Of a stretch of DNA of 64,000 nucleotides, positions 13,556-29,500 are shown one piece after another. The stretch is from Eledone cirrhosa (taxonomy: Eukaryota): the NCBI GenBank assembly GCA_964016885.1, contig OZ024745.1, positions 71,486,001 through 71,550,000 of the forward strand, written 5' to 3'. The position numbers and the translations under genes were made by a program. Under the pieces are notes generated by a model. That model was not told the DNA's origin and did no database searches. It saw nothing but the letters and a program-made list of their open reading frames with translations. Each line of letters begins with the position of its first letter. The stretch's first letter is position 1.

Positions 13556-13697
13556 GTTCCACATCAGTTAATTCACCATTTCCGAGAACAATTATTTTAC
13601 CTTAGTCGGATCATCAGCTCGGGGTTTAAACGAGCTGATGATCCGACTAAGGTGAAACAATTGTTCTCAGAAATGGTGAATTAACTGTTTGTGGAAC
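13556..13697. repeat. Palindrome of two head-to-head hammerhead copies
   Basis: Arms of ~65 bp are reverse complements around a GGGGTTTAAA-containing centre at ~13626. Confidence 0.9.
13632..13668 (+). ncRNA. Minimal type I hammerhead ribozyme
   Basis: GAG CUGAUGA U-CC-GACUAA-GG-U GAAA CAAUUG UU/ CUC, with palindromic ACAAUUGU helix III. The opposite-strand copy has a 5-bp helix I but GAAA mutated to AAAA. Confidence 0.7.
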
Positions 13698-14012
13698 TAT
13701 TTCTACCAAACTCATCCCATAGACTGAGTGCTCTACTACTATGGATATAACCCATCGTGATCGTAATGCCATGAGTTCAAGTTCCAACGGCGTTTTGTGC
13801 CCTAGAGCAAAACATTTTATTTCCCCTTGTTTCAGTCCATTCAACTGGCAAAAATGGGCTGTACCTATAATTCTAAGGGCTAGTCTTGTCACAGAATATG
13901 TCACGCTGAATCTCCCTGAGAGCTATTTTGACAGTACACGTGTCGATGGAATGGTCAATCACTTGCACGTTGAATCTATCATTTGCACGCATCGTCGGAA
14001 CCAACGCGAACG

Positions 14013-14084
<72 letters not shown>

Positions 14085-14533
14085 CATAGTGTTTGTGTTT
14101 GTATGTGTGTAATATGATGCAACATATGCATATATACATATACATATTTACACACCCTACCACATATATATATATATATGTATATATATTTATATATATA
14201 TGTGGTATGGTGTGTAAATATGTATATGCATATGTGTTGGCTAGGTTAGGCGGTAAAGTATAAGAAAATGTTGATTGAATAGTATTTAACAGCGTACTGA
14301 CGTATATAATCAGACTCCTATGGTCTATCAAGTTAAATACAATCCAATACAATATATATGTATATATACACATATACATATATGTGTATGTATGTGTGTG
14401 TGTCTGTGTGTATGAATATATATACGATTTATTTCATATAGAAATGGCTTCTACAGGACTAGAACTGGTTTAATGCATGCATATATATATATATGTATGT
14501 AAATATATACATATGAATATATGTGTGTGTGTT

Positions 14534-14574
<41 letters not shown>

Positions 14575-14989
14575 GTCTGATCTTTTCAAATGAGATTAAT
14601 GTAAATATCTTTAAAGATTCAATACTGAATCAATGACTGAATATAACAATTTTTGTGTGCTTTATTTCATTATTTCAGATTTTTATTGATTTGGGGTTCC
14701 TAAAAAATTTGGAGTGATTTAGAAAATGGAATGAGAAATTGCATGTTCGTATATGAGTGGGGGGAAATCGTTTGCCACGGAGTTAAAGCTTGGGAGAAAA
14801 ACAACACAACATCCATCCCTTTATATTTTGAGAATGTCAAATTTTATTGATTCAGAATTTAATATTCAGTTGTATATATTTACAAAAAGGAAGAGAGCAA
14901 AAATGAAAAACTGTGAGGGAGGTGGGGAAAATATATACAAGGGAAAATGGGGAAGGGGAAACTCCAGACTTTTGACTGAAGGGTATGTC

Positions 14990-15300
14990 CCAGCTGCGTC
15001 CCATGGCGAAATCATTGCCGTGGAGAACAGGCAGCAATACCCGCCATTCCATCTCACAAGGCTCCTTCCTTGGGCTTTATGTATTCCTCTCTATTTTGCG
15101 GGTGGAAAACGGAAGTTCGAGATCAAAGATATTAGAGGTCTTGATGTCAACCGGTACAAAGAGGAAACGGTCAGTTAAAGCCAAGTATTTGGTTATCTTC
15201 CCTTCAGGTGCATTACGGATACCTGGATTTGTGGTTGAGGCATTATGTCGGCACTGGAGAACATGCCGCATCATTTGAAATCCCAGATGTTTTCTTGTCA
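14990..15300 (-). mobile_element. Degenerate C-terminal restriction-like endonuclease region of a CRE-type non-LTR element
   Basis: Translation KITKYLALTDRFLFVPVDIKTS...VLHGNDFAM resembles the K..KY..L...F.PVA.ETSG...RGNA pattern of CRE RLE tails. Confidence 0.5.
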
Positions 15301-15632
15301 ATAATTTCGCTATTCCGCCTCTTCACACAGCAAACAGAATATATATTGTCTCCCGGCAGCCTTTTTCCTTCTAATATCTTCTTATTCTCGTTTTCAATCT
15401 TATTTCCTACATTTTCTCTTCTTTTCTTTTTTACCTTTGCTTATTTTTTGTTTTTGTTTGTATCCACCTTACTCTCTGCTGTTCGTTAATACATACACAC
15501 ATACACAGGTGCCTGTGTATTTATACGTGTGTGCGTGTATGTAAAAGGTTGGGCCTTTTTTTTAATTTGTGTATTTCATGTTTGTAAATGTATTAAAGTG
15601 TATCATGTGAGTGCGCGCGTATATATATATAC

Positions 15633-15678
<46 letters not shown>

Positions 15679-15717
15679 ATATATATATATATATATATTT
15701 ATACACACACATAAATA

Positions 15718-15753
<36 letters not shown>

Positions 15754-18118
15754 CGTTTGTATGTATATGTTTGTGTGTGTGTCTACATATATGTGTATAA
15801 AAATTTACATACAAAAATACATATAAACGTACATATTTTTTCCATAAAATCAATTGTCTATTTGAATTAAGTTCAACAATACATCGTCTCTTTTATCCCC
15901 TGCTTCCTTCTTCTATCCAGTTATTCCTTCTTCGTGTTGTTTCTTGTTTCTACATCTTGTAAAATACACACTGATTCGTACACTTAAACCTAAATACTGG
16001 CCACTACCATACTTGTTTAGATACTTATTCCAAAATAATGAAGTTGTATTTCTTCATGTCACTCACTACCTTTCTTTCCCTGAACAAAAATTCTTTAAAT
16101 TCTTGGTTCCCAGAAAAGAGAAGAAAAAAAATGCTATCGATTCTATATCATATTATATCTTTAACCGAATCGGTTTTAGTTGATCAATAAACACTATGTC
16201 ACATTGTTATCGCTATTGGTTAACTTTTCTATTTTAAGTCACCAGTTATTATATAGAATAGAGTTATTCCTCGAAAATCAATGAGCATTTAAGAATTATA
16301 AATAATACCTCCAGCTTTTAATGCGTTCATTTGCGTGTTTGAGAGATGTGTATATTTATTGACTGATTTCTTACAGACAGTTCTTCTACATTATCTTAAA
16401 CTTTATATAATCTAAAACTATTGAAAAGTCTAGCATGCGAAAGAATGTCTAACCGCTGAGATCCCTCAACAAACTTTCTTACAACATATCGTTTGTTTGT
16501 TTGTAATTATTAAGCTTACCATAGGTGCTTGTTTGGCAGAGATTGTCCTGGTTTTGGTGAGTCTGTCCCAGTGTCCTGTCATGGTTATTAATTTGTCCTG
16601 AGGTTGACAAAAGGTAGAAACAAGACAGGTTAAATAAAATTTGCATAGAATCCTTACTTGATGTTGACAAAATTTTATGAATTCATTTTGTCAGTTTGTC
16701 TACATCAAAATTGTGGCGCACGTGTTCGATAATATTTTTCAAATGTGCTAAGAATATTGAAATGTGCTAAGAATATTGTTTTAGTTTTAATCTGTTTTAT
16801 TTTAATCTGTTTAGAATGAAGTAGTTAAAAAATATTTTGTTTTTTTCTTTAATAACATAATTTACTTATTTTAAAAAAAGGGGGGATTTTATGTTTTATA
16901 AAATCACTTATAAAACACTAGAGGTTGATCCTGAGCAGGATGGTTGGATAACATCCATGATCTAGGCTGGTCTCGCCGCTTGGGGATCCAGCCGGACCAA
17001 ATGGTAACGGTTACTTCTGACAGGACCTGCTGGAAGGAGTACTTGAGGACTCTGCCCCTCGACCTTCCCAGGAATAAGTAAGAAGATTTTATATGTAACG
17101 TTAGCTTGACTTGTTAATGTTTACTTATCACAAACTTATTACAAACTTTAAGAAACCCTAAATTAGTTGCCAGTTGTAGTATTTTATGAGTAAAATCATT
17201 TACTAAAATAATAGTTAATTCGATTGGTTTATTAAAAGATACTTAATGACGTTTTTAGAATAATAATTTACGGCGTTGATTAAATTGTGTACTATATTAA
17301 TCGTTATGCTATTCTAATTTTATCAGACCTGCCAACCTCTCAAAACCCAAAAGAGGAGTACCATGAAAAGGTGCCCCAAAACGGGGAGAAATGTGGCAAA
17401 ATGGGGAAATTTTGCATAATGAAAGCTATACCCATTTTCACAAGAGAAAATATCTCTTACCCACCCCAAAGTGAGTGGAAGATCTTTCCGTCGAAACGGG
17501 GAGAGGTGACAAATCTATTTTATATCCATCAAAGTTGTCAGATTTTTGTTGAGTATATGTAAATATATGTATGATATTGTTTACATATAGAATTGCCACG
17601 GTTTAAGGTTTGAAAATTATAGCATCCCTATTAAACAACATCCGTCGCCTGGTTACTCCAGTCTACTCAGCTGGAAAAATAAGTTGTTCCTGTAATTCGA
17701 AGACCCAACCTTGTCACTTTCTGTTAAAGGTACCCGTGTCTGCGGAATATTCAACCACTTGCACGTTAATTTCCCGAGCAAGCTGTTTGTTTGATTGTAT
17801 CAACTGGAACACTCGTCGTTCTAACCGACGGAGTTCCAGTTTTATACATATATATATGTGTGTGTGCGTGTGTGTGTGCGTGCGGATATTAATAATTAAG
17901 ACCAGTAAATCCATTGTTCAACTTAGAACTATACACTCAAGGAAAATAGTGTATATGTTATTATAGGCATTGTTTTTCCCACGGCTAAGTCTGACTGGCA
18001 AAGAACCCATGTAATAACATCTACACTCTAGTTTGTGCTAAGTTGAACAATGGAGTTACTAGTCTTAAATATTCACGCCAAAAAGGTGAGTGACGAGGTA
18101 AAGATACATATGTCTGTT

Positions 18119-18170
<52 letters not shown>

Positions 18171-18430
18171 TAAACAAAGTTTCTGACACTTAATATGTAT
18201 GAATGACCATTGGTTTCGGCTTCCTGTTATGGCCACTACTGTATATTGGAGGAGGCACTTTGAAACTGGTCCTTCTTCGGGCAGGTGGCCAGATATATGA
18301 AAAGGATATGGCAGCTAAAACAAAAGGGAATACGCCATGGCACCATATGGAAAATGCTTGAAAAGTACACACCGAAAAACACCATCTCACCAGACCTCTT
18401 GAATCCTCCATGACACTACCTACCTCTCTC

Positions 18431-18520
<90 letters not shown>

Positions 18521-18960
18521 TCTCTCACTCTCTCTCTCTCCCTCTTTATTTATTTACTCATTTATATCTCTAAAAAATCGTATGTGTTCCGACCTGGAGA
18601 GGGATGGGCTCCGCCATGTTTCAAATGCCCAAGACACGCTACGATTCTATCGAGAGCTAAGCGTCCTTTGCGTTCTTTTTTTGTTTTGTTTTTTTATTAT
18701 CTTCTAGTTATTTTATGGATAGGTAAGAGTGTGTTGTTTAATATAGTCGCTCTAGGAGCGTTAAATCATTGAAACAATCTAAGAAGGTTTAATTGTTTGA
18801 TGAGGCTGATTTAACAACAGAGATTCAAATGAGTTTACTTTGAAATTAGTTATCGATCTGTAAATTACATGTGATTGCCAGCTTTTTTTAATATGTTGTC
18901 TCTTATCACCTTTCTATCTTTCTCACTCTTTCAAGTTTATCACAACACTTTCCACCACTC

Positions 18961-19047
<87 letters not shown>

Positions 19048-19460
19048 GGTTGGTCAGTGGTAGAGCAACATCTATCTATGAATCTATCTTCGGACGATAA
19101 AAACAGCAATAATATTCTATCTTAATGTCTGCCTATCTAGTTGTCTGCCAATCTTTCTGTCAGTCTAGCTATCTGCATCTCTATTTATCTATTTATCTCT
19201 GTCTGTCCCTCTGTCCGACTATCGGTCTTTGTATCTACCTATCTATCTACCTTTGTGTCTATTTACTCATTTCTGTCTATTTATATTCCAACATATCTAT
19301 AAATATGTCGATCTGTCAGTCTGCCTGTCTCTCTGTCTGTCTGTCTATCTATCTACTTACCTGTCTATCTATAGCTTTCTATTTATGAATATTGACCAAT
19401 TTATCTATCTTCGGACAAGAACACCAACAACAATAAAGTACAAATCCTAATATCAATCCG

Positions 19461-19552
<92 letters not shown>

Positions 19553-19915
19553 AACGGTTTTCCATCTACCTAATTTCACTCACAAGACTTGGATCAACCT
19601 GATGCTATGAAATATTACACTTGCCCAAATTACTACGCAATGGGATTGAACCAGGGACATTATGATTGTGAAGTGAAATTCTTTACTATTCAGCTACTCT
19701 GCATCCACAGTCTACAACACAACAACGGTTTTGTTTATTCTATTCTTATATTTTATTTTACTATCTCTGTAGTTCCCAAACTTATTATGTCACTTTATAC
19801 TATGTATAAATAGCTCTTTTGAATAAATTTTCAAATTTAGATACAAATTGCGCCAAAATATTTTTACTTGTTCTAAAGTGCTCCGTGAATCAAAAAAGTT
19901 TGGGAATCACTAAGC

Positions 19916-19986
<71 letters not shown>

Positions 19987-21039
19987 ATGGTGTTGTGTGA
20001 GCCATTTTGTTAGAAAGTAGAAAGTAATTTATTTGGATGCTAAGACTGAAAAGAAATTTGTTTAAAATCGGAAGAACCGGACATCTAGAATCATTAAAAG
20101 ACACAAATTATCTGGAATGTCTGTGTCATTATATGTAACGATGTCAATTGAGAAACGGTAAACCTATTTCCTCGTGGAAATTGAAAGTTATCGGAATTCT
20201 GCAAAGAAAGCTGAAACTTCTGCAAAATAACAACTTTTTTGACAAAAGCAATTATTTTATTCACATCGACCCCAGTACTAAGAATATGAAATTACTTACT
20301 AGAACATCTTGTACATATAAACACAATTTCTTTCTTTGCTTCAAGGCCAGCCCCATGAGCCGTTGCTTCTTCACCCACGGCGGCATGTCTCCCCTATCCC
20401 ACCAAACAGCACACAGCCAACCACGCCCTCGCGTCCTTACATAACCCCACCCCAATTAATGCTTCCTGGACCTGGCCAAGACCTCAGTACCACTCTAGTA
20501 TCGTAATGAGATAGTGCTGCTATCACAATAAAAAGCACAAAGGCCATTCTGTAAAGTGGTAGTACTGGAGCAACGACAAAAAGTACCCAGTACACACTGT
20601 AAGGTGACAGTGCTAGTGCCGCAACGAAAACATCCAGTCCGTGCTGTAAGATGGTAATGCTGGTGCGATTACACAAAACACCCAGTCTATCCTGTAAAGT
20701 GATAGTGCCGGAGTCTCAATAAAATGCTCGCAATACACACTGTAAAATGGTTGGCGTTAGGAAAAGCATCCAGTCGTAGAAACCAAACCACCTGACCAGC
20801 TAAGCCTCTGTACGTGATAATCTGCCTAACTCATACAAGCATGGAGAATGTACGTTAAACAACAACAATAACAACAACGACGACGACGATGGTGATGGTG
20901 ATGATGATGATGATGATTTACAAAAGAAACAAACTCTGTGTAAAAAACGTTTATAATTCTTCACACAATAAAAAACGAAAAAAAAACGACTCTGTACAGT
21001 CCCTTGCCATCTTTACTGTCAGATTAATGTGAGCCCTAT

Positions 21040-21665
21040 GTGACTAATTAGAAACCATGCTTTGATGCATAGAGTTACGCCCCTTGCCATTCTGAGTTTA
21101 AATCGCGCCGAGGTTAACTTTGCCTTTCATCCTTACGGGATCGATAAAATAAAGTACCAGTAATGTACTGGGTATTTTCTGGCCTTGTGCCAAAAGTAGA
21201 AACAATTATTATCATTAATACTAAGGATGGTGGGTTGACAGTTTCGGTAGAGCATCGGACAATATGCTGTGGGGTATAGAGTTACGTCCCTTTAATTCTG
21301 AGTTCTAATGCCGCTGAAGTAAGCTTTTCCTTTCATCTTACAGAGTCGATGAAATAAAGTACCATTAAGACACCGGTGGGGGGGGGGGGGGCAATTTAAT
21401 CGACTTTCCCCTCCCCAAACATTTCTGGCCGTGTGCCTATATAAGAAACCATTATTAATAATAATACAGGCGGTGGATTGGCAGTATCGGTAGAGGGTCG
21501 GACGCCATGCTTTCCAGCATAGTTACGTCCCTTTGCGGTCTGAGTTCAAATCCTGCCGAGGTTGACTTTGCCTTTCATCCTTACGGGGTCGATAAAATAA
21601 AGTACCAGTAATGCACTAGGTAGTTGCTGGCCTTGTGCCTAAAGTAGAAACAATTATTAATAATA
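21040..21665 (+). mobile_element. Three tandem copies of a tRNA-derived SINE (octopus-type)
   Basis: Repeated TCTGAGTTCAAATCC (B-box) ... GAGGTTGACTTTGCCTTTCATCC...GATAAAATAAAGTACCAG, with (ATT/AAT) tails. Related copies at 47180-47570 (-) and ~59650-59780. Confidence 0.8.
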
Positions 21666-22626
21666 ATATTGGGTACAGCAGTTCACACACAAGTGCTTCG
21701 ATCTCTTCACTTCACTTCTCCCCCCCCCCCTCCGTATTCTCCTACCTTGGCCAACACATACTAGCGATGACAGTAAATTGACGGGTGTTCCAGTTATTCG
21801 ATCAACGGAACAATCTGCTTGTCAACTTAAAGTGGTGCAAGTGACTGAATATTTCCCAGATATGTGTAACCTTCACGTAGTTCTCAGGGGAATTCAGTGT
21901 GACACAGTATATGATAAGCTAACCCTTTGAATTACACATACAACTCCCTTTTTCCAGCTGAGTTGACAGGAGCAACGCGAAATATATTATCCTGCTCAAG
22001 GACACAACGCGTTACCAGAAACCGAACACTATAACCACTAAGACACGCACTTTAAAAGAACAAAAATTGGCCTTAAAAGAACCAAAAAAAACAATGTCAG
22101 AATCTGACGGATTTGAAACTAGGATCAATGAGTTTAAATTTAAGAAGCATAATTCAATTTTTTTTTTTATGTCAGTGCCGAAGGAGAAATAAAACGAGAG
22201 AGAGAGAGGGGGGGTAGAAAAGGAGAGATATTGAGAGAGGGAGAGAGGGAGAGAGAGCAGAGCAAGAGAGACAGCTAGATTGAAGATGGGAGAATCAATT
22301 ACGTAAACAGAGAGATACGGGAGAAAGAGAGGGGTAATGAGAAAGAAGGGAGAGGTGTCGTGAGAAAGATAGAAGGATAGAGAATGAAAGTGGGGAGTAG
22401 GGAGCGGGACAGAGAGGGGTAGTGAGAGGCAGAGGGATGGCGAGGAAAAGTAAGAGAGAGAGAAACAGAGCGGCACAGAGAGATAGAGGAAAGAGAGAAG
22501 TCATGAGAGAAAAACGGAGCGGCAGAGAGAGAGAGAGGGGGGAAATAAAGAGAGAGGTTGTGAAAGAGAAACAGAGCAACGCAGAGAGATAGAGGAAACA
22601 AAGCGGTAGAGGGAGAGAGAGGTCAT

Positions 22627-22905
22627 GAGAGAGAAACAGATTAGCACAGAGAGATAGAGGAAAGAGAGAGAGAAACAGATCAGCACAGAGAGATAGAGGA
22701 AAGAGAGAGAGAAACAGATCAGCACAGAGAGATAGAGGAAAGAGAGAGAGAAACAGATCAGCACAGAGAGATAGAGGAAAGAGAGAGAGAAACAGATCAG
22801 CACAGAGAGATAGAGGAAAGAGAGAGAGAAACAGATCAGCACAGAGAGATAGAGGAAAGAGAGAGAGAAACAGATCAGCACAGAGAGATAGAGGAAAGAG
22901 AGAGA
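22627..22905. repeat. 39-bp purine-rich minisatellite, ~7 copies
   Basis: Repeating AGAGAGAGAAACAGATCAGCACAGAGAGATAGAGGAAAG. Confidence 0.92.
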
Positions 22906-23672
22906 GACAAAGAAAGAGAGAGGTCGTGAGAAAGACAGAAAGACTCGGGAGGTGATGACGAGTGTAAAAGAGGGGGAAGTATAGTTTAATAATTTATAAA
23001 TGTATCTAAAAGAACACATTTAATATGTTTTCATAAACAGAATTAATGTTTTCATTTCAACTTTCCATGCTGCTTTCAATTGGGTTTTAAATTTTAATGC
23101 TATCATATTTTGCGTGTAACTTTATTAGGGAATAAAATGGAACCTCGTCGGTTTCGACGGTGTGTGTTCCAGTTGTTAGGTCAATGAGTTAGCCTACTCG
23201 TAGAATTCACATACAAGTAGCTAAGCATTCCATAGACATATATGCCCTTAACATAATTCTCAAGGAGATTCAATGTGACACAAAATATCCCAAGGCTGCA
23301 CTTTTGAATTACAAGTACAATCTAACTTATATATTATTATAAGGGGCTGAGCATTCCACTGTTACAGTGGGATTCAGAGAGACAATGTAGAGTATGAAAG
23401 ACGTCGGATAGAATGATTTAGGGTATTTATTGTGACTCTGAATTTAATCCAGTCATGGGCAAACTGCGGCCCGTTTGGCTTTCTGAATGACACCTAATTT
23501 CAAAATTGCCTTTAATTTTTTAATATTGCGGCCAGCTTTATGATGAGTCACATCCTACGTGGTTGGTTGTTCAAAAGCCCCCATTGCCTGCAGCTTTTCA
23601 AGATCAATAAATAGATTACCAGTTTGGTACTGGAATCAATTCTTCACATATGTGTGTGTGTATGTCACCACT

Positions 23673-23781
<109 letters not shown>

Positions 23782-23939
23782 ATATTTATATTTTTATATA
23801 TATATATATTTATATATATATATACATTATATCATCATCTTCATTTTATGTCCGCTTTTCCCCCTGCTTGCAAGGGTTGGACGGGTCCTATTCAGCACAG
23901 CATCTCTCCACTTGTCACGGTCCTTCGTCATCTCCTCGG

Positions 23940-24736
<797 letters not shown>

Positions 24737-24882
24737 AGTGGTTAGGGCGCTGGGCTTATAATCATGAGGTTGTGAGTTCGTTTCTCGACAGTGTGGTGTA
24801 TCCTTGATGTTTTACCAGCGGAGTGGGCTTCAGCAATGTAGAAGTCGAACCCTCACACGAATATTATATATATATATATATA

Positions 24883-24940
<58 letters not shown>

Positions 24941-26103
24941 TACATACATTCATATATATATCTATGTGAGTGTACGTATATATGTATATGTGCGTATACA
25001 TTCATACCCATACACACTCAGCTATTGAAGATCTGAATTCAAGAAGCTTAAAGCTTTATCTGCGATCCTTGATTTATATACAATTTGTTTCCTTGTATTT
25101 GCTATCTGGGACAAATTTAACTGATGAAATTTTTCAATTTGTGGTGAGAGAAAAAGGAATCCGTAAAGGATGCAAGGGAGGTTACTCCTATGCATGGTTG
25201 AATAAGGAGTGATTTACCTTCTATCAGCATTCACTGTGTAAACAGAGATTTCTGAAATTTATCTACAATTTATTCTACAATTTAAACTATTTGTTTTACA
25301 TACTGCAGGCGCAGAATATTACTATTTTCTTCGAATTTTACGAAATGAGTGGTTTGTAGTCAATTTAATAGAGTAACAGGCTCGATATATAGGAACTATC
25401 GCCTACTTTTCCACTATATGTTTTGGTTTGAACCCCTGTAATATATCGTTATTAGGCAGGTTAGGGATTGTATGATATAACTAAACTAAAATATTCCAGT
25501 CAATAATTAGAATAAATATTATAATAGTTAAGAAATTTCACGTACATTTTATTCAGAGATGCAAACATGCATGCGAAAGTATATTATTTTTTATGTCAAA
25601 ATGCTCAGAAATATAAAATATATTTTGAATGCACTTTATACTTGTACATATGTATATTATAACGAATGATGGGGAACTAGCAAATAATTTACAAAAGAAA
25701 TTAATTAATTGATTTTTTTTTTTTTTGTAAGAAAAAAGAAAAATAGAAAAAGTCATATAAACCCTGTCAAAATAGAATGCTGGTGATACCCTCTTAAACT
25801 CGTTATTATCCATGTTATTTAGTGTCTTCCACATTTCTAGCAACTTAACCTCGTTATTACCCACGGTGTTAAGTTGCTAGAAAAGGCAAACGTACCCACG
25901 GACATCTTATAAACAGAGAGAATAAAACAAAGTAATGTGGAAGACACTAAATAACATGAAAATATAATATTGTTGTGAGTATGAGGATAGGTCTGGGTCT
26001 TTCACTATTGTCAACATATCTAATCAACACATCAGTTAAACTTTCCACTAACCATCAAGAAACGTATCTAAAGAAACCCACACACTCACGCACACGTATA
26101 TAC

Positions 26104-26164
<61 letters not shown>

Positions 26165-26397
26165 AAATGTGTGTCTGTGTATATGTCTGTATATATATAT
26201 GTGGGGGGGGGGGTATATGCATGTATATACATATACATACATATATATATATATTAAAGAGTTAAAAAAGATTCGATGAGTACATCAAAGAATAAGTTTT
26301 ACAGTAGATTGGAAGCGCTCTACAGAAAAATATTTTCCAGAGTTATTAATATTAAAATATAAATATTAATAAAATAGATGTTCTTTTGATCAATAAA

Positions 26398-26450
26398 ATC
26401 TTATTATACATATTTCAGAGGTACAACAGTACGTCCTCATCAGACAAAAT
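26398..26450 (-). ncRNA. Type I hammerhead in the sense pLTR of PLE 1
   Basis: AUUUUGU CUGAUGA GGACGUAC-UGUU-GUACCUCU GAAA UAUGUA UA/ AUAAGAU. Confidence 0.75.
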
Positions 26451-26545
26451 ATAATGATACATGACATACCTACCCTGAGATGTTAAAGGGTTAAGATTTA
26501 ATCAAGGTAGTGATTAACCTATGAGAAAACTCAACATTTATACCC

Positions 26546-29500
26546 CGCAGAGGCAACCTCATATCATCTGGCCTCTGCTAAAGCTGGGCGTGAAAATCGG
26601 ATTACCTTCCGAACACGCCCAGGCCTACCACCCCATGTACGTCCAAAACTACGTGCTGCAGCTTCCTTGAATCGGAACTCAGCACAAGATGAAAGTTTCA
26701 TTCTGCGTGATGATGGGCAGATCTGGAGGTTTGTCAAGGCTGGTGAAACGTGGAAGAGAGATACCAGCTGGTCTGAGTGTGATCTACCCACAATAACTGG
26801 CAATGTAAAAACTGCTACAACTCTGGGAAACTAAATCAGAACAACCTGCCACCCTCTACACACCATCATAAACTGCGAGCAGGGTACAAATTGTTGTTCT
26901 TAAATGCTCGCAGTTTATGCAACAAGATACATCTGTTCGAATCCTACGTCAGAAGCATCGACCCTGACTTCATCACAGTCACGGAAACATGGGCACATTC
27001 CTTACTCTGTGATGGGGTTTTCACCATTACTGGGTACAACCTTTTCCGCAAGGACCGCATTAACCGCCGTGGTGGTGGTGTGATGGTCTACGTTCGTTCA
27101 AACTTTTCGGTAATTCCTTGCGTTGATTTGAACGAATCACAGGAAGAAGTTTTTTTCTGTGACATACGTATGACCATGTCAACACTTCTGCTTGGTGTTG
27201 TTTATCGCCCCCCAAACTACCATCAGGACACACAGCTTTGCGATATCCTCAGAGTTGCTGCCAAGAAAACAGCCACTTATGTGTTTATTGCAGGTGACTT
27301 CAATCATCCTGAGATCGATTGGGAAACCTTTCGTTGGCCACAGGGTGCAAACGATTTCCTTGAACTAGTGCTGGACTCAAACTGGTCACAAGTAGTCACC
27401 TCTCCAACAAGAGGTGACAACACTTTGGACCTGATCTTCACCACTACTCCTGAAGTGGTTATCAGTTGTACTACTGAGGAACCTCTAGGCGACTCTGATC
27501 ATGCTATGATCATTGCCAATCTGGCACTTGAGGGCAGCAACAAAAACCAGAGCCATCTCCAATCTGCTTGCTTTGATTGGAAGAGGGCGGATTGGAACTT
27601 GTACTGCACTGAGCTACAGCGCCCAAACTGGCATGAGATGTATAACTCTGGAGATGTGAACTCTATACTCCAGAGCATCCTGGACTCAATATGGATAGCG
27701 TGTGCAGCATCAGTGCCACGGAAGCGGAAAAATAACCACCCCAAAAGTGCAATCTGGGAAACTTCAGCGGTCCGACTTGCCAGGAAAGAACGTCGGAACG
27801 CTGAACGGGAATATAAACTGCATAGATCAGATGCCAACAGAAAAAAGCGGAATAAATCTTCTAACCATCTCAAGCAAGTGACAAAGAAGGCAGTGCTTGA
27901 ATTTGAACAGTGCATCGCAACCAATCCTGACAGTAAGGTGTTCTGGAAATATGTTCATTCAAAGCAGAGACCTCACTCTCCAGTTGGTCCTCTTCGCAAT
28001 CCCCACACAAGCCAGATCACTGACGATCCCAAGGAATGCGCAGAACTCATTGCTGAGTGCTATGCAAGTATTTTTACTGTTGAAAACCAGAATGTACCAT
28101 CTCCACCATCTCTAACATCAAATTCCATAACAACTATGGAATTTACACCTGCAATGTTGCGACGTCACCTTAAGAATAAGCGCAACTATGCCTCCCCTGG
28201 TCTTGATGGTGTGACATACCTGCTTCTCAAATGTGGCGGGGATTTCCTTTTGCGCCAGCTTTCTTTTTTCTTTCAATACTGTCTCAGCAATGGTGCTACT
28301 CCGGAGCAGTGGAAAACTGCCAGTGTCATTCCCCTGTTCAAAAAGGGCAACCGCATGTCACCTGTCAACTATCGTCCAGTCAGTCTTACTAGCTGTATGG
28401 CCAAACTGATGGAATCCTGTGTCAGATAAACACTTTGGAACTTCTGGAGCTCTCACAGCCTCATCCGGCCCTCACAGTTTGGATTTATCCCTAACTCCAG
28501 CTGCTGTGATCAGCTTATCGAGTTCCTTGAGGACATCACCCGGATCACTGACAGCGGCTCATGGGTGGATGTTGTTTACCTTGACTTTGCTAAGGCTTTT
28601 AATTATGTGCCATACAAAAGACTTATGGCAAAACTCTCTGCAATGGGTGTGAGGGATGATCTTTTCGACTGGCTGAAATCCTTCATTCTCAGCCGAAAGG
28701 AAGTAGTCACGGTTCTAGGACAGCATTCTTCACCATATGAGATGTCATCTGGTGTACCACAGGGATCTGTTCTTGGTCCTCTTTTGTTTGTGGCATATAT
28801 TAATGACATAGATGCCAACTTACAGAATGCCACGGTACTAAAATATGCAGATGACATCAAGCTGTACCTTGAAATCAAAAGGACTGATCCTGAAATTTAC
28901 AACTCTTTCCTACAATCAGACCTGGACACAATGCAGCAATGGATCACAGACTGGCAACTGAAGCTGGCTGTGGACAAGTGTACCACCATGCATTTTGGAA
29001 GGAAAAATCCAGCGTCCACATACTCCCTCCACAACACTGACATCAAAAAGTCCTCTTGTGAACGTGACCTGAGCATTACTGTCAGCAACGATTTGCGTTG
29101 GACAAAGCATGTCTCTAAGATTGTCAAGAAGGCCGAGGGTGTCTTGGCATCACTCAGCAAGACCTTTGTTAGCCGCTCTCCAGCCATCTATTTAAAACTG
29201 TATACAGCTATGGTGCGACCACACTTGGAATTCGCATCATCAGTCTGGAACCCCTATCTTGCTCGGAACATTGACCTCCTGGAAACTGTTCAGAGACGTG
29301 CAACCAAGCGCATACCCTCCATCAGACACCTACCATACTCTGAACGCCTTGCTTCCCTGGGCATGGATTCATTGAAGCTCCGACGTCTGGCAATGGACTT
29401 GGTGAATACCCACAAAGTTTTTAACCATCTCGCCAACTGCAACCCTGAGCGCCTCTTTGATCTCCATGTGTCTAACACACGTGGACATGCCTACAAGATA

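Noticed and set aside
14753-15178. 141-aa plus-strand ORF as a host gene
   Set aside because: It has no recognisable domain, and the opposite strand is better explained as a CRE-like RLE remnant.
17324-17520. Possible hAT-like MITE (CAGACCTGCCAACCTCTC ... GAGAGGTGACAAATCTA)
   Set aside because: The TIRs are too degenerate and no TSD could be identified.
21040-21665. tRNA genes
   Set aside because: A/B boxes are present but followed by SINE bodies and tails, with no intact cloverleaf.
22627-22905. 39-bp repeat as a CRISPR array or repeat protein
   Set aside because: There are no unique spacers and the context is eukaryotic; it is a simple minisatellite.
27499-29478. Antisense ORFs over the CR1, Gypsy and RTE coding regions
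   Set aside because: These are shadow ORFs of the sense coding sequence with no independent motifs.
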